This document shows, piece after piece, positions 27,964 to 36,927 of a stretch of DNA of 64,000 nucleotides. The stretch's first letter is position 1. Every line of letters starts with the position of its first letter. The notes under the pieces were generated by a model, which saw nothing but the letters and a program-made list of their open reading frames with translations, did not search any database and was not told the origin of the DNA. The stretch comes from an uncultured Gemmatimonadaceae bacterium (lineage in GTDB: Bacteria > Gemmatimonadota > Gemmatimonadetes > Gemmatimonadales > Gemmatimonadaceae). The DNA is taken from positions 352,001 to 416,000 of the forward strand of contig CAVUDW010000003.1 in the NCBI GenBank assembly GCA_963740355.1, read 5' to 3'. The position numbers and the translations under genes are program-made.

Positions 27964-28614
27964 TCAGTTGCCGCGCGTGGGATTGACCGATCGCGTGGCG
28001 CACGGAACGACACTGTAGAAGAGACGATAGGTGCTCATCGACGCCGTCTCACGGTCGGCGTATGGCTCCGGCGGCCAGGGCACGACGTAGTTCGAAGCGG
28101 CGGCGAGATCCACGACAGAGCTCACCTGAAATGTGCTCTTGGCCGTGGTCGCGCAGGCGCTTTCGAGCGGCGCGGCGCTCGAGGCGCGATCGACGGTCAG
28201 CGCGGCGAACGTCATCGTGCCCCCGTTGGCCACGCTGCCGCCAGCGGTGGGTGTGCCGTTGTCGATCGCAATGTTCGACTCGATCAGGACGCCGGATGAC
28301 GCGCCGTTCAATCGCAACGGCGCCATCTGCGCGATCGCCATACGATTCGCATTCCCGTTGCCACCGCCCACCACCAGCTTGTAGCCCGTCTGCATCGTGA
28401 CCGTGAAGCGGATGTTGCAACGCACCCGACCGCGATTGATCGGGATCGGGAACTGTCCCGCCGCCGCCCAATCCGCAGCGAGAAACCTGCCCGACGCATC
28501 CGCCGCCTGGCTGAACGAGGTGCCGGTACAGTCGCCGGACGCGCTGCCGGCGGTGATCGAGAGCGACTGCGCCGCAGCGACCGAGGGCACCGACGCGAAC
28601 AACAGGGCGAACAT
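27964..28614 (-). CDS. Exported Cys-containing beta-rich hypothetical protein
   Basis: Signal 'MFALLFASVPSVAAA-QS'; four Cys in the mature part. Start uncertain. Confidence 0.65.
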   Translation of the reverse strand: MFALLFASVPSVAAAQSLSITAGSASGDCTGTSFSQAADASGRFLAADWAAAGQFPIPINRGRVRCNIRFTVTMQTGYKLVVGGGNGNANRMAIAQMAPLRLNGASSGVLIESNIAIDNGTPTAGGSVANGGTMTFAALTVDRASSAAPLESACATTAKSTFQVSSVVDLAAASNYVVPWPPEPYADRETASMSTYRLFYSVVPCATRSVNPTRGN

Positions 28615-28810
28615 GACACCTGGACGGAACACGACGGCCTCCGATGGATTTCCGAGGGGGCACAGGCCGCGTTGGGGAAGCCAGGTCGCGCGCAGGTGCC
28701 GCTCTCGGGGACACAGGGAGGACTGGTGCACGGCAACTGGGCAACATGCCTTGCCAGGGCGATACTTCCCGACTCAACGGATGCCAGACAGCCCAATTCC
28801 GATGACAAAT

Positions 28811-28900
28811 CCGGTGACAGTGCACTCATTGCAGGCCAATGCCCGTGCGCCTTCGCCGCGCCGTGATCGTCCTGAGGGGATATCTGTGCACTGTCACCGG
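28811..28900. repeat. Inverted REP doublet (REPIN-like)
   Basis: Direct copy 28811-28825 and inverted copy 28886-28900 with a 60-nt spacer. Confidence 0.93.
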
Positions 28901-28908
28901 ATTTACTG

Positions 28909-30459
28909 ATGCCTGCCACATCCTCCCCTCTCCTCCGCTCGCTCGCCGCCGCACTGCTTCTCTCCGCGTGTGGGGGAGATCCCGCGCCGGCGCCGCTACG
29001 ACTCGCAGTGGACCCGGCATTCTGCGCACAGGTCCAGGCCCCTGCCCCGGCGCTGTCCACCGTCCTCGCACCGCTCGATTCGCTGATGCGCGTGCACACC
29101 GGCGTGCACTCGCTCGAGGAAGGTGACCAGTCGATGGTCGCGCGTGCCTGGCTGACCGCCGCGGCCGAGCGCAGCATCGACGTGCAGTACTTCATCTTCA
29201 CGGGCGACAACGTCGGCTTGATCGCGGTGGACTACCTGCTCCGTGCAGCCGACCGCGGAGTGCACGTTCGGTTGCTGGTGGACGACTTCATGCTCGAGGC
29301 GGATGCTCGGTCATTGCTGGCACTGGATGCCCACCCGAACCTCGAGATCCGTCTCTACAATCCGACGACGAACATCGGGAAGACGCTGCCGACGAAGCTC
29401 TTTTCGCTGGCCACCGATTTCCGCGGCTTCAACCAGCGGATGCACAACAAGACGTTCATCGTGGATGGACGAGTCGTGATCACCGGCGGACGCAATATCG
29501 CCGACGAATACTTCGACTACGACCACGAATACAACTTTCGTGACCGGGATGTCCTGCTGCTGGGTGGTGCCGCAGGCGATGTGCAGCGCTCGTTCGAGAC
29601 GTTCTGGTCGAGCGCACTGAGTGTCCCGGTGGCCTCGCTGGTGCGCGCTGATACTGCGCCGATGGACACGGCCGTCGCGTACCGCTACCTGCATGACTAC
29701 GCCTGCGATCCACATAACTTCTGGCCACAGGTGCGCGAACGCATTGCGGCGGCGCCGGCCACCTTCGACCGCCTGCGTGATTCGGGGGCGGTCGTATGGT
29801 CGGACAGCGTCAGCTTCGTGACGGACCTGCCCGGCAAGAACGCCGGGACCGATGGAATCGGCGGCGGAGGGCGAAGCACCGAGGCACTGATCCAGTTGGT
29901 GAAGGAGGCGCGTTCATCGGTGACCATCCAGTCGCCGTATCTGGTCACGACTGCGGTGAGCCAGCAGCTGTTCCGCGATGCCATTGCGCGCGGCGTGCGC
30001 GTGCGAATCCTCACCAACAGCCTCGCCTCGACCGACAATCTCGACGCCTTCAGCGGCTATCAGCGCGAGCGCGCAACGTTGCTTGCACTCGGCGTCGAGA
30101 TCTACGAGTTCAGGCCCGATGCGGCGGTGCGTCGCCGAATCATGACGGGCGCGCTGCAGACGACCCTCGACTACGCACCGATCTTCGGCCTGCATGCGAA
30201 GTCGATGGTGATCGACGACAGGATCGCGGTGATCGGCACCTTCAACCTCGATCCCCGGAGCGCGAACCTGAACACCGAGTGCCTGGCGGTGGTGCGCGAT
30301 GCGCAGGTGGCGAAGGATCTCGCGCGTGCGATGGCGGTGGACATGCAGCCGGAGAATGCCTGGCACACGACGGCCGCGTTCAATCCGGATGGGGAGGTCG
30401 CGCTGGGGAAGCGGCTGAAGGTCTGGCTGCGGGGGGCGGTGCCGAAGGCGGTGTTGTAG
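28909..30459 (+). CDS. Phospholipase D family lipoprotein (ClsC/YmdC-like)
   Basis: Lipobox LSAC; two HKD motifs, HNKTFIVD and HAKSMVID; FNLDPRSANLNTE. Confidence 0.93.
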   Translation: MPATSSPLLRSLAAALLLSACGGDPAPAPLRLAVDPAFCAQVQAPAPALSTVLAPLDSLMRVHTGVHSLEEGDQSMVARAWLTAAAERSIDVQYFIFTGDNVGLIAVDYLLRAADRGVHVRLLVDDFMLEADARSLLALDAHPNLEIRLYNPTTNIGKTLPTKLFSLATDFRGFNQRMHNKTFIVDGRVVITGGRNIADEYFDYDHEYNFRDRDVLLLGGAAGDVQRSFETFWSSALSVPVASLVRADTAPMDTAVAYRYLHDYACDPHNFWPQVRERIAAAPATFDRLRDSGAVVWSDSVSFVTDLPGKNAGTDGIGGGGRSTEALIQLVKEARSSVTIQSPYLVTTAVSQQLFRDAIARGVRVRILTNSLASTDNLDAFSGYQRERATLLALGVEIYEFRPDAAVRRRIMTGALQTTLDYAPIFGLHAKSMVIDDRIAVIGTFNLDPRSANLNTECLAVVRDAQVAKDLARAMAVDMQPENAWHTTAAFNPDGEVALGKRLKVWLRGAVPKAVL

Positions 30460-30465
30460 AGCGCG

Positions 30466-30637
30466 TCACGGCGGCGTCATCTCGTAGTTCGACGGTGGCT
30501 CAGCGCCGAGCAGGTTGCGGACGAAGTAGTCACAGCGTGGCGGATCGCGTATCGAACGCTGATGACCCGCATCCGTCACGATCAGCAGGTCGAAGTCCCG
30601 GTTCGCCTTCTGCATGGCGTCGGCCGAGACGCAGCGT
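30466..30637 (-). pseudogene. C-terminal remnant of an S9 (DPP-IV-like) peptidase
   Basis: Manual translation TLRL/ADAMQKANRDFDLLIVTDAGH...DYFVRNLLGAEPPSNY*, with a frameshift and no upstream body. Confidence 0.7.
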
Positions 30638-30659
30638 CTCAGCAAACCGCGCCTGACGG

Positions 30660-31391
30660 CTACTCTGGCTTCACAACGTCCTCCGTCGACAATCGATGGA
30701 CATTCGTGTCACCTCGACGGATCAGCAGGCCTGCCATTGAATCCCGAAGCCCCAGCGCTGGCGCGGCTGGTGACGCGCCGAGGAAGATCGATCGTCGATT
30801 GGTGGCTCGAACCGACAGGCCCGCCTGCCCGTCGTCGTGCACCGAGAGCACCACCGCCTCGTCGCCATCCTTGCCATCGAGGCCCAAGACGACACGATCC
30901 TTTCCTGCCACGGTCAACAGGCCGTACCCTGTGCGCTCGAAGCCTTCCGCATCATTGATCGTAATGCCTGGCCCAGCGCCGATGCGCGTGCCGATATTCG
31001 GATCGGGCGTGGAGTCGCCGATGGCCAGCCGATCGTGTCCGTTCTCGTCGAGCACCAGCATACCGTGCATGCTCTGCCGATAGCCCTCGTAAAACTTCAT
31101 GTACTGTTTCGGGTCGGGAAAGCGGGCTGCCCATGCGCGCTCGACGCGCGTGGCATTCGTCCGCAGTCGATTGATCGCACTGGGGATGGGCGCACCAATC
31201 AGGATGCGCTCACGACCACGTGCGTCGACGATAACGATCCCACGGGTGCGGATCACGTCGCGTGTCGCAGGCGCGAAGCCAGCCAAAAGCGCAATCGCAC
31301 AGAGCGCTGCGACCGCGCCAAGGAAACGTCGTTGCGTACGAAGCTGACACTCGAGGGCCGTGATCCGCTCCGCTTCCAGTTGCTCATTCAC
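30660..31391 (-). CDS. Hypothetical single-TM protein with beta-repeat periplasmic part
   Basis: RBS GGAGAGG before GTG 31391; repeated 'IVIVDARGRERI / MLVLDENGHDRL / ITINDAEGFERT'. Confidence 0.75.
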   Translation of the reverse strand: MNEQLEAERITALECQLRTQRRFLGAVAALCAIALLAGFAPATRDVIRTRGIVIVDARGRERILIGAPIPSAINRLRTNATRVERAWAARFPDPKQYMKFYEGYRQSMHGMLVLDENGHDRLAIGDSTPDPNIGTRIGAGPGITINDAEGFERTGYGLLTVAGKDRVVLGLDGKDGDEAVVLSVHDDGQAGLSVRATNRRSIFLGASPAAPALGLRDSMAGLLIRRGDTNVHRLSTEDVVKPE

Positions 31392-31443
31392 GATGCATTC
31401 CTCTCCGAAGTAGTTGAGACTCACATCAAACGACACGCCACCC

Positions 31444-33000
31444 TCACCGGGAGGCGGCTGTACCACCAGTAGCGATTGGTACCATCGCACTGACCACGCG
31501 CTCACCCGCCGCCTGCCACGCAGGCGCAATGACCAGCAGCGCCGCACTGTCTCGCCAACTCTGGAGATCGCGGGGACGCGCAGCGCCGCTGCGGAAGCGC
31601 TCGAGTCGAACGATACCAGACATGTGGCGCAGCCCCGGCAAAACAGTCATGCTCGCCACGTCCTTGCTCTCGTATTCATGCAAGGCGAGTAGACGCTTTT
31701 GACCGCGGTGCAACAGGGCGAAATCGAGATTCGCGATATCGTTCCGCCGCCCTGCCATGGCGCTGCCGAGCATGGCCACGCGCACATCGATGGCCACTCC
31801 CGTGTCGCTGACCTGCGCCGACTCGATCGTGACGCGGTATCCGGGTGCTGGCACCGTCTCTACCGACCCGAGATCGACACGCATCAGCTCCGCGCCGAAT
31901 GACGTGCGCACCTGAATCCGCAGCATGGCGCTGGCCACACGTCCGCAGACACGCGTTGCCGCGCTGCGCGAGAGGTCGAACGCGATGTCCGTTCGGCGCA
32001 CTCTGGTCGTCATGCTATCGGGATCACTGGCACCATCCGCGCGCGGTGCCGTTCCAGGAATCATCGGCCCCCAGATCCCAGCCGACGCCATCCATCGCTC
32101 CGAGGACAACGTCTGGAGCGACCCGTCGATGAGGGTGAGCACGACGCTCGGCCGCATCAGCTCGACTCGCCACGTCGGCGGCGAGGCTACCTCTACCGGC
32201 AGTGTCACCCGACCCGCCGCACACTCAGGCTGGCTGACGAGTGGCATGCGCAGTGCCACGGACTGCACGGCACTGTCGGAAACTTCAGGCGTCGGCACCT
32301 GTGTTTGTTCGCCCAGCGTGAGCGCAGGCACGACCACGACACTGACGCCACTGAACAGCAACATCCCCCGACGCGCCACAGACCACTTGGGCTGCAAGTA
32401 CGCGCGCGCGAACAGCACTCCGCTGCCCGCGGCCATCAGACAGGTCACAGTCGCCCACATCGGAAGCGTGAGTGCGCGATGTGCGCCGCCCATTGCAAGT
32501 GTGCCGCCCAATGTCAACGCGAACGTCACACCGAGCAGTAGTCCGACTGCCGTCAGACTCGAACAGGCGGTGGCAAGAACCGCAGTACCAAGAAGTAGAA
32601 TCGCGAAGTACGTGAACGACGCCCCCGCGACCGCATCTGCCGACACCACACGCAATTGCCATCCGGTCAGCGCGACCAGGATTGCCATGGCGCACATGGT
32701 CAACAGCAACAGGAGGAATAGCAGCTTCGATGCGATCACGGCGGAGGCCCTGATCGGCTGTGTCGCCCAGAACGCGTCAACGCGCTGCGTCGAGTCGGCG
32801 AGGACGGTCGTCGCCACCAGCAGAGACGCGAGCAGCATCACGAGCTGCCCAACGGCGAATAGCAGACTTGGGATCGGCCGGAGTACCTCGGTTGCCGTCC
32901 CGACCGCCAATAGTAGTGTCGCGATGTACGCCACCAACGGCCAGGTCGTGCGACGAAGTTCGCGCCGCAAGAGATGCAGGACTTCAGCGGTCCAGCTCAT
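31444..33000 (-). CDS. ABC-2-type permease-like membrane protein with a soluble C-terminal domain
   Basis: ATGA coupling to the ATPase; 'FWATQPIRASAVIASKL'; multiple TM helices. Confidence 0.75.
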   Translation of the reverse strand: MSWTAEVLHLLRRELRRTTWPLVAYIATLLLAVGTATEVLRPIPSLLFAVGQLVMLLASLLVATTVLADSTQRVDAFWATQPIRASAVIASKLLFLLLLLTMCAMAILVALTGWQLRVVSADAVAGASFTYFAILLLGTAVLATACSSLTAVGLLLGVTFALTLGGTLAMGGAHRALTLPMWATVTCLMAAGSGVLFARAYLQPKWSVARRGMLLFSGVSVVVVPALTLGEQTQVPTPEVSDSAVQSVALRMPLVSQPECAAGRVTLPVEVASPPTWRVELMRPSVVLTLIDGSLQTLSSERWMASAGIWGPMIPGTAPRADGASDPDSMTTRVRRTDIAFDLSRSAATRVCGRVASAMLRIQVRTSFGAELMRVDLGSVETVPAPGYRVTIESAQVSDTGVAIDVRVAMLGSAMAGRRNDIANLDFALLHRGQKRLLALHEYESKDVASMTVLPGLRHMSGIVRLERFRSGAARPRDLQSWRDSAALLVIAPAWQAAGERVVSAMVPIATGGTAASR

Positions 33001-33920
33001 GCCACCTCCGCCTCTTCCGTCGGTCGACGACGGCCCTGCACAACCGTCGAAAACAGGTCTCGAAGTGCCATGTCTTCCACCAGCACCGAGTCCGCACTCG
33101 CGTAGCGGCGGAGGAGCATCGCAGCGTCCAGCGGCGTTCTTTCGGTATCGGCAACGATGCGCAACATGCGCCCCGACCGAGCGATTTCCATCCAAGACTG
33201 CTCACCCGAGACTGCGCGGAGCACCTCGTCGTTGCCCAACACGGTGATCCGGCGATACCGAGCCCGCAGTTCCTCCACGGAGCCCGCAACATGCACCCTT
33301 CCAGCACTCAGGATCGCCGCGTGACTGAGGACCGACTCGATCTCGGCGATATCATGCGTTGCGATGAGGATGGTCGTCCCGGTCGCTGCAGCACTGGCGA
33401 GAAGACCGCGCGCGATTTCGTCGCGCGATACCGCGTCGATGCCGGTGAGTGGCTCGTCCATGAACAGCACCTGTGGCTGCGCGGCGAGCGCGCACAATAG
33501 TGCTGCCTTCATGCATTCACCACGCGACAGGCTGGTGAGGGCTCGCGTTGCATCGAGGCCAAAGCGTTCACGCAATGACGTCGCCAGCTCCGCGTCCCAT
33601 CGCCTGTGCAGCGGCGCCACCCAGCGTTCGAGCCCCTGAAGCGTCAACTCTCGCGGCAGCTCCATGCCGGCCGATACGTATCCGATCACGCCACGCACGA
33701 TCAGCGACCGTCGGACGCTGTCCTCGCCGCCGATAAGGACGCGACCCGCATCCGGTGTGCGAAGACCGGCGCAGCACTGTAGCAGCGTGGTCTTTCCCGC
33801 GCCGTTTGCGCCCAAGAGACCAAGGATGGCGCCGGACGGAACGTCCATCGTCACGTTGCACAGCGCCTCGGTATTTCGGTCGTAGCGGTACGAGAGTCCC
33901 GCAATGGCCACGTCGCTCAT
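32997..33920 (-). CDS. ABC transporter ATP-binding protein (YtrB-like)
   Basis: GANGAGKT, LSRGE, LFMDEP, ATHD. Confidence 0.93.
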   Translation of the reverse strand: MSDVAIAGLSYRYDRNTEALCNVTMDVPSGAILGLLGANGAGKTTLLQCCAGLRTPDAGRVLIGGEDSVRRSLIVRGVIGYVSAGMELPRELTLQGLERWVAPLHRRWDAELATSLRERFGLDATRALTSLSRGECMKAALLCALAAQPQVLFMDEPLTGIDAVSRDEIARGLLASAAATGTTILIATHDIAEIESVLSHAAILSAGRVHVAGSVEELRARYRRITVLGNDEVLRAVSGEQSWMEIARSGRMLRIVADTERTPLDAAMLLRRYASADSVLVEDMALRDLFSTVVQGRRRPTEEAEVA

Positions 33921-34369
33921 CGACGAGTTCCGCGTGTAGTTGGTACTGGCCGCGGCACGGCGACATCATGCGTCCCAGTGCGTCTTTCGTCGCCGAACAC
34001 GGATCGCCATGTCGAGTCGACCTCGGCCAGCAACGCCTCATTGCCCAAGCCGAGCCGGCGCGCCTCGACGACGAGTTGCTCGACGCTGGCGGAGAGCTGC
34101 AATCGCCGTTCTGGATCGGGCGACCGCGGCCCTGCTGTGACCACGGTTCCCACCCCGGTACGGACGGCCAGGAAACCGTCGCGGACCAATTCGGCGATCA
34201 CCTTCTGAACCGTGTTGGGGTGCAGCTTGAGCTCTTCGCTCAATTCGCGCACTGACGGGAATGGGTCGCCCGCCCGCATGCCGCCGGCGAGAATGGCCTT
34301 GGAGGCAGCGAATACGACCTGTTTGACAGGTGATTCACCGGGCTGGATCAGAACGGGGAACGGAAGCAT
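33917..34369 (-). CDS. GntR family regulator, YtrA subfamily
   Basis: GDPFPSVRELSEELKLHPNTVQK..GVGTVV; short C-terminal domain; heads the ABC operon. Start ATG 34369. Confidence 0.9.
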   Translation of the reverse strand: MLPFPVLIQPGESPVKQVVFAASKAILAGGMRAGDPFPSVRELSEELKLHPNTVQKVIAELVRDGFLAVRTGVGTVVTAGPRSPDPERRLQLSASVEQLVVEARRLGLGNEALLAEVDSTWRSVFGDERRTGTHDVAVPRPVPTTRGTRR

Positions 34370-34404
34370 AGGTGTACCATGGCACCTGTTACACCTGTTG
34401 TCAA
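34370..34404 (-). promoter_or_regulatory. YtrA-type operator AGGTGTA-N13-TACACCT overlapping a sigma70-like promoter
   Basis: Inverted repeat 34370-34376/34390-34396; minus-strand TTGACA at 34404-34399; weak -10 CATGGT at 17-nt spacing. Confidence 0.75.
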
Positions 34405-34641
34405 CTGCGCGCCAAGGGGACTCCGTCAAGCAGGTCGAGGCCGCAATTGCCGCGCTGAGACATCTGGCAGAGGATGCTTCATTGCTCGCACCTTCGTCCC
34501 GCCGCGCGCCACGACGCATCCCCGCCGCGCATGACGAACGATTGACGCGACTTGGCCCAAAGTGCGACTTTCGCTCCAGACGGCGGCTCCGCGACCGGCG
34601 CCGCACGACATTACTCACGACTGCGCTCGGGAGCGCCCGCG

Positions 34642-35859
34642 ATGACCGTAGCGGCACGTTCGGCATGGAGCATAGGACTCGCAGCCAGCGCACTCACCGT
34701 GCCGCTGTCGGCGCAGATTTCGCACCGCGACAGCGCTGGGATTCGCATCACGACGAGCAATTCGCCCAGTAGCCCGGCGAACGCAGTGGTGCTTGCGCCG
34801 TCGCCGAGAGTTGTCTTTGGATCACCGACCGACGGCAACCTCCGGCTTCAAGCCATTCGGTTTGTCACGGTGCTCAGCAACGGCCGGGTTGCCATCGCCG
34901 ACGAGGCGACGGGCCAGCTCCATTACTTCAACCCCGACGGTGCGCTGCTGTACACTCGCGCCGGACTCGGCACTGCTCCTGATCAGATTCCGAGCATGCG
35001 CAGAGTTCGTCGCACAATCGGCGATACCATAGCCATCGCCACCGGAAGGACGGCGGTGGTCCGCTTCGACTGCGCCGGCGTCAAAGTCGACACCGGCATC
35101 ACCCCATCTCCGTCTGGCCCACCTCGCGAGATGGTCGCGGATCTACTCGCAACGGGCCACCACGTGTTGGCCACGCTCAGCCCGATGGAAGAGCGACCAC
35201 GTGGCGAAATCTGGGTCGCTTCTCTGCCCCTTTCCCTCCGCGCACCGTCATCCGCGGCCAGCGTCGATCTTGGTGCACTGCCCATGAACGAAATGGAGCA
35301 GACGACGTCTGGCCCTGCCCCGAGATGGTTGTCACCAGTCGGCGTCCTGACGAGCAATTCGTCACGCATATATTTCGGCTTCGGGTCGCGATACGAGGTC
35401 CACGCGTACTCGCTTGACGGGAAACTCCGATCGATCATTCGCCGCGCCTGGACACCAGTCCCGATCAGCAACGAGGACTGGGAAACGTGGGTGGTTGAAT
35501 GGTCCAAGCGGTGGATCAGGACGACGGGCGAGGAACGCGTGCGCGATCTACAGGCCATGCGAGACGCGCCGTGGGCCGACAAGCTGCCCGCGTTTTCGCA
35601 GCTACTTGCAGATCGTGTCGGCCGGTTGTGGGTGCGACGCGCTCACTGGCAGGACGCCATCGCCGCCGGCTCACTGACTGACATTCCGGTCGTACCCAGT
35701 GAGTGGTCGGTGTTCGACGACCGTGGGATCTGGCTTTACGACGTAACGATGCCCGCGTACTTCGAGCCGTTCGAAATCGGACGTGATTACGTCGCGGGAC
35801 GCATCGTGAATGACAAGCAGCAGGTGGGGGCAATCTTTGATCTCGCTCCCGCACGATGA
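34642..35859 (+). CDS. Exported 6-bladed beta-propeller-like (NHL/TolB-like) protein
   Basis: Signal peptide; 'RDSAGIRIT', 'LHYFNPDG', 'LADRVGRLWVR', 'WSVFDDRGIWL'. Confidence 0.75.
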   Translation: MTVAARSAWSIGLAASALTVPLSAQISHRDSAGIRITTSNSPSSPANAVVLAPSPRVVFGSPTDGNLRLQAIRFVTVLSNGRVAIADEATGQLHYFNPDGALLYTRAGLGTAPDQIPSMRRVRRTIGDTIAIATGRTAVVRFDCAGVKVDTGITPSPSGPPREMVADLLATGHHVLATLSPMEERPRGEIWVASLPLSLRAPSSAASVDLGALPMNEMEQTTSGPAPRWLSPVGVLTSNSSRIYFGFGSRYEVHAYSLDGKLRSIIRRAWTPVPISNEDWETWVVEWSKRWIRTTGEERVRDLQAMRDAPWADKLPAFSQLLADRVGRLWVRRAHWQDAIAAGSLTDIPVVPSEWSVFDDRGIWLYDVTMPAYFEPFEIGRDYVAGRIVNDKQQVGAIFDLAPAR

Positions 35860-35916
35860 CGCCGGAATTCAAGCGGCACTGTTGATTGGCAAGTCAGGTC
35901 ACCTGATCACGCGGGA

Positions 35917-36813
35917 CTATTTGGCGATCCAGAACGGATCCTTCGCCCCCACAAACCCCACCGGCACTTCCTTCACGAACGACTGCAACCACCGCGTCGC
36001 ATCCTCCATGCCCGGCTGCTCGGAAGGGATGTGCCCGATGATGATCAGCGCACGACGCTGCCCGGCCGCGATCGCGTCATCGATGTACTCCACCGTTTCC
36101 CATTCCCGCGCCTCTCCGATCACCAGCAGTTGCACCGTCGAATCGCGCATCGCGAGGCGGTGCGCCGGGAACCCCGCCGCGCCTGGCACCAGCATGACGT
36201 CCGTCACCGACAACGTTGGATCCCCGACAACGCGCATCGCATGTGCACCAAGTTTGCGCCGGATACTGTCGGCGAGCACCGCCAGCGTCGTCGCGGGCAT
36301 GCGAAAGCGCCACGATACCGCGTGATCCTGAAACGATTGCCAGCCGAGCGCGCGAACGACACCGGTCATGATGATGTCCGGGCGCATACGGTGCGCGTAG
36401 TCGTGGAATCGCCACACCACCATGTGGTGCTCGGTGATGAACTTGAGCTTCGCGGCAGTCACGGCGTCACTCTCGCGCACCAGCGTGCCGGTCGAATCGA
36501 GATGGTCGTAGAAGGTCGGCTCGTGCGTGATCACGAGATTCTTGCCTTCACGCGCAGCCCGCTGCAGCACGTCGAGGGTCGCCATCATCGTCACGGCGAT
36601 ACCGGTGACCGGCGTGTTCGCGTCGCCGGCCTTGATGGTATCGACCGTAGGGAGCGTCCACGCCACGCCGACGTTTGCCTTGATGCGGTCGATGACCTGC
36701 TGGGCGGTGATCGCCTGTGCGCGCAGCGGAATGGATGCCGCGAGGCAGAGCATCGACGCGAGTCCGATGCAGCGCGCAAAACCGGTGGCGCGGACGACCA
36801 TGGGTGACCTCAT
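35917..36813 (-). CDS. NIF3-like dinuclear metal-centre protein with a signal peptide
   Basis: TVDTIKAGD..VTGIAVT, ITHEPTFY, RFHD, GHIPSEQPGM. Confidence 0.88.
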   Translation of the reverse strand: MRSPMVVRATGFARCIGLASMLCLAASIPLRAQAITAQQVIDRIKANVGVAWTLPTVDTIKAGDANTPVTGIAVTMMATLDVLQRAAREGKNLVITHEPTFYDHLDSTGTLVRESDAVTAAKLKFITEHHMVVWRFHDYAHRMRPDIIMTGVVRALGWQSFQDHAVSWRFRMPATTLAVLADSIRRKLGAHAMRVVGDPTLSVTDVMLVPGAAGFPAHRLAMRDSTVQLLVIGEAREWETVEYIDDAIAAGQRRALIIIGHIPSEQPGMEDATRWLQSFVKEVPVGFVGAKDPFWIAK

Positions 36814-36927
36814 CGCATTCGGGAGAGTGGGAACGGTGAAACTACCGCACTGCCACCCCGTACCTCACGATCTCCGCTGGATCTCCGCCGACATCTTCGC
36901 CACTCCGGCACTCAATCCCGTGTCTCG

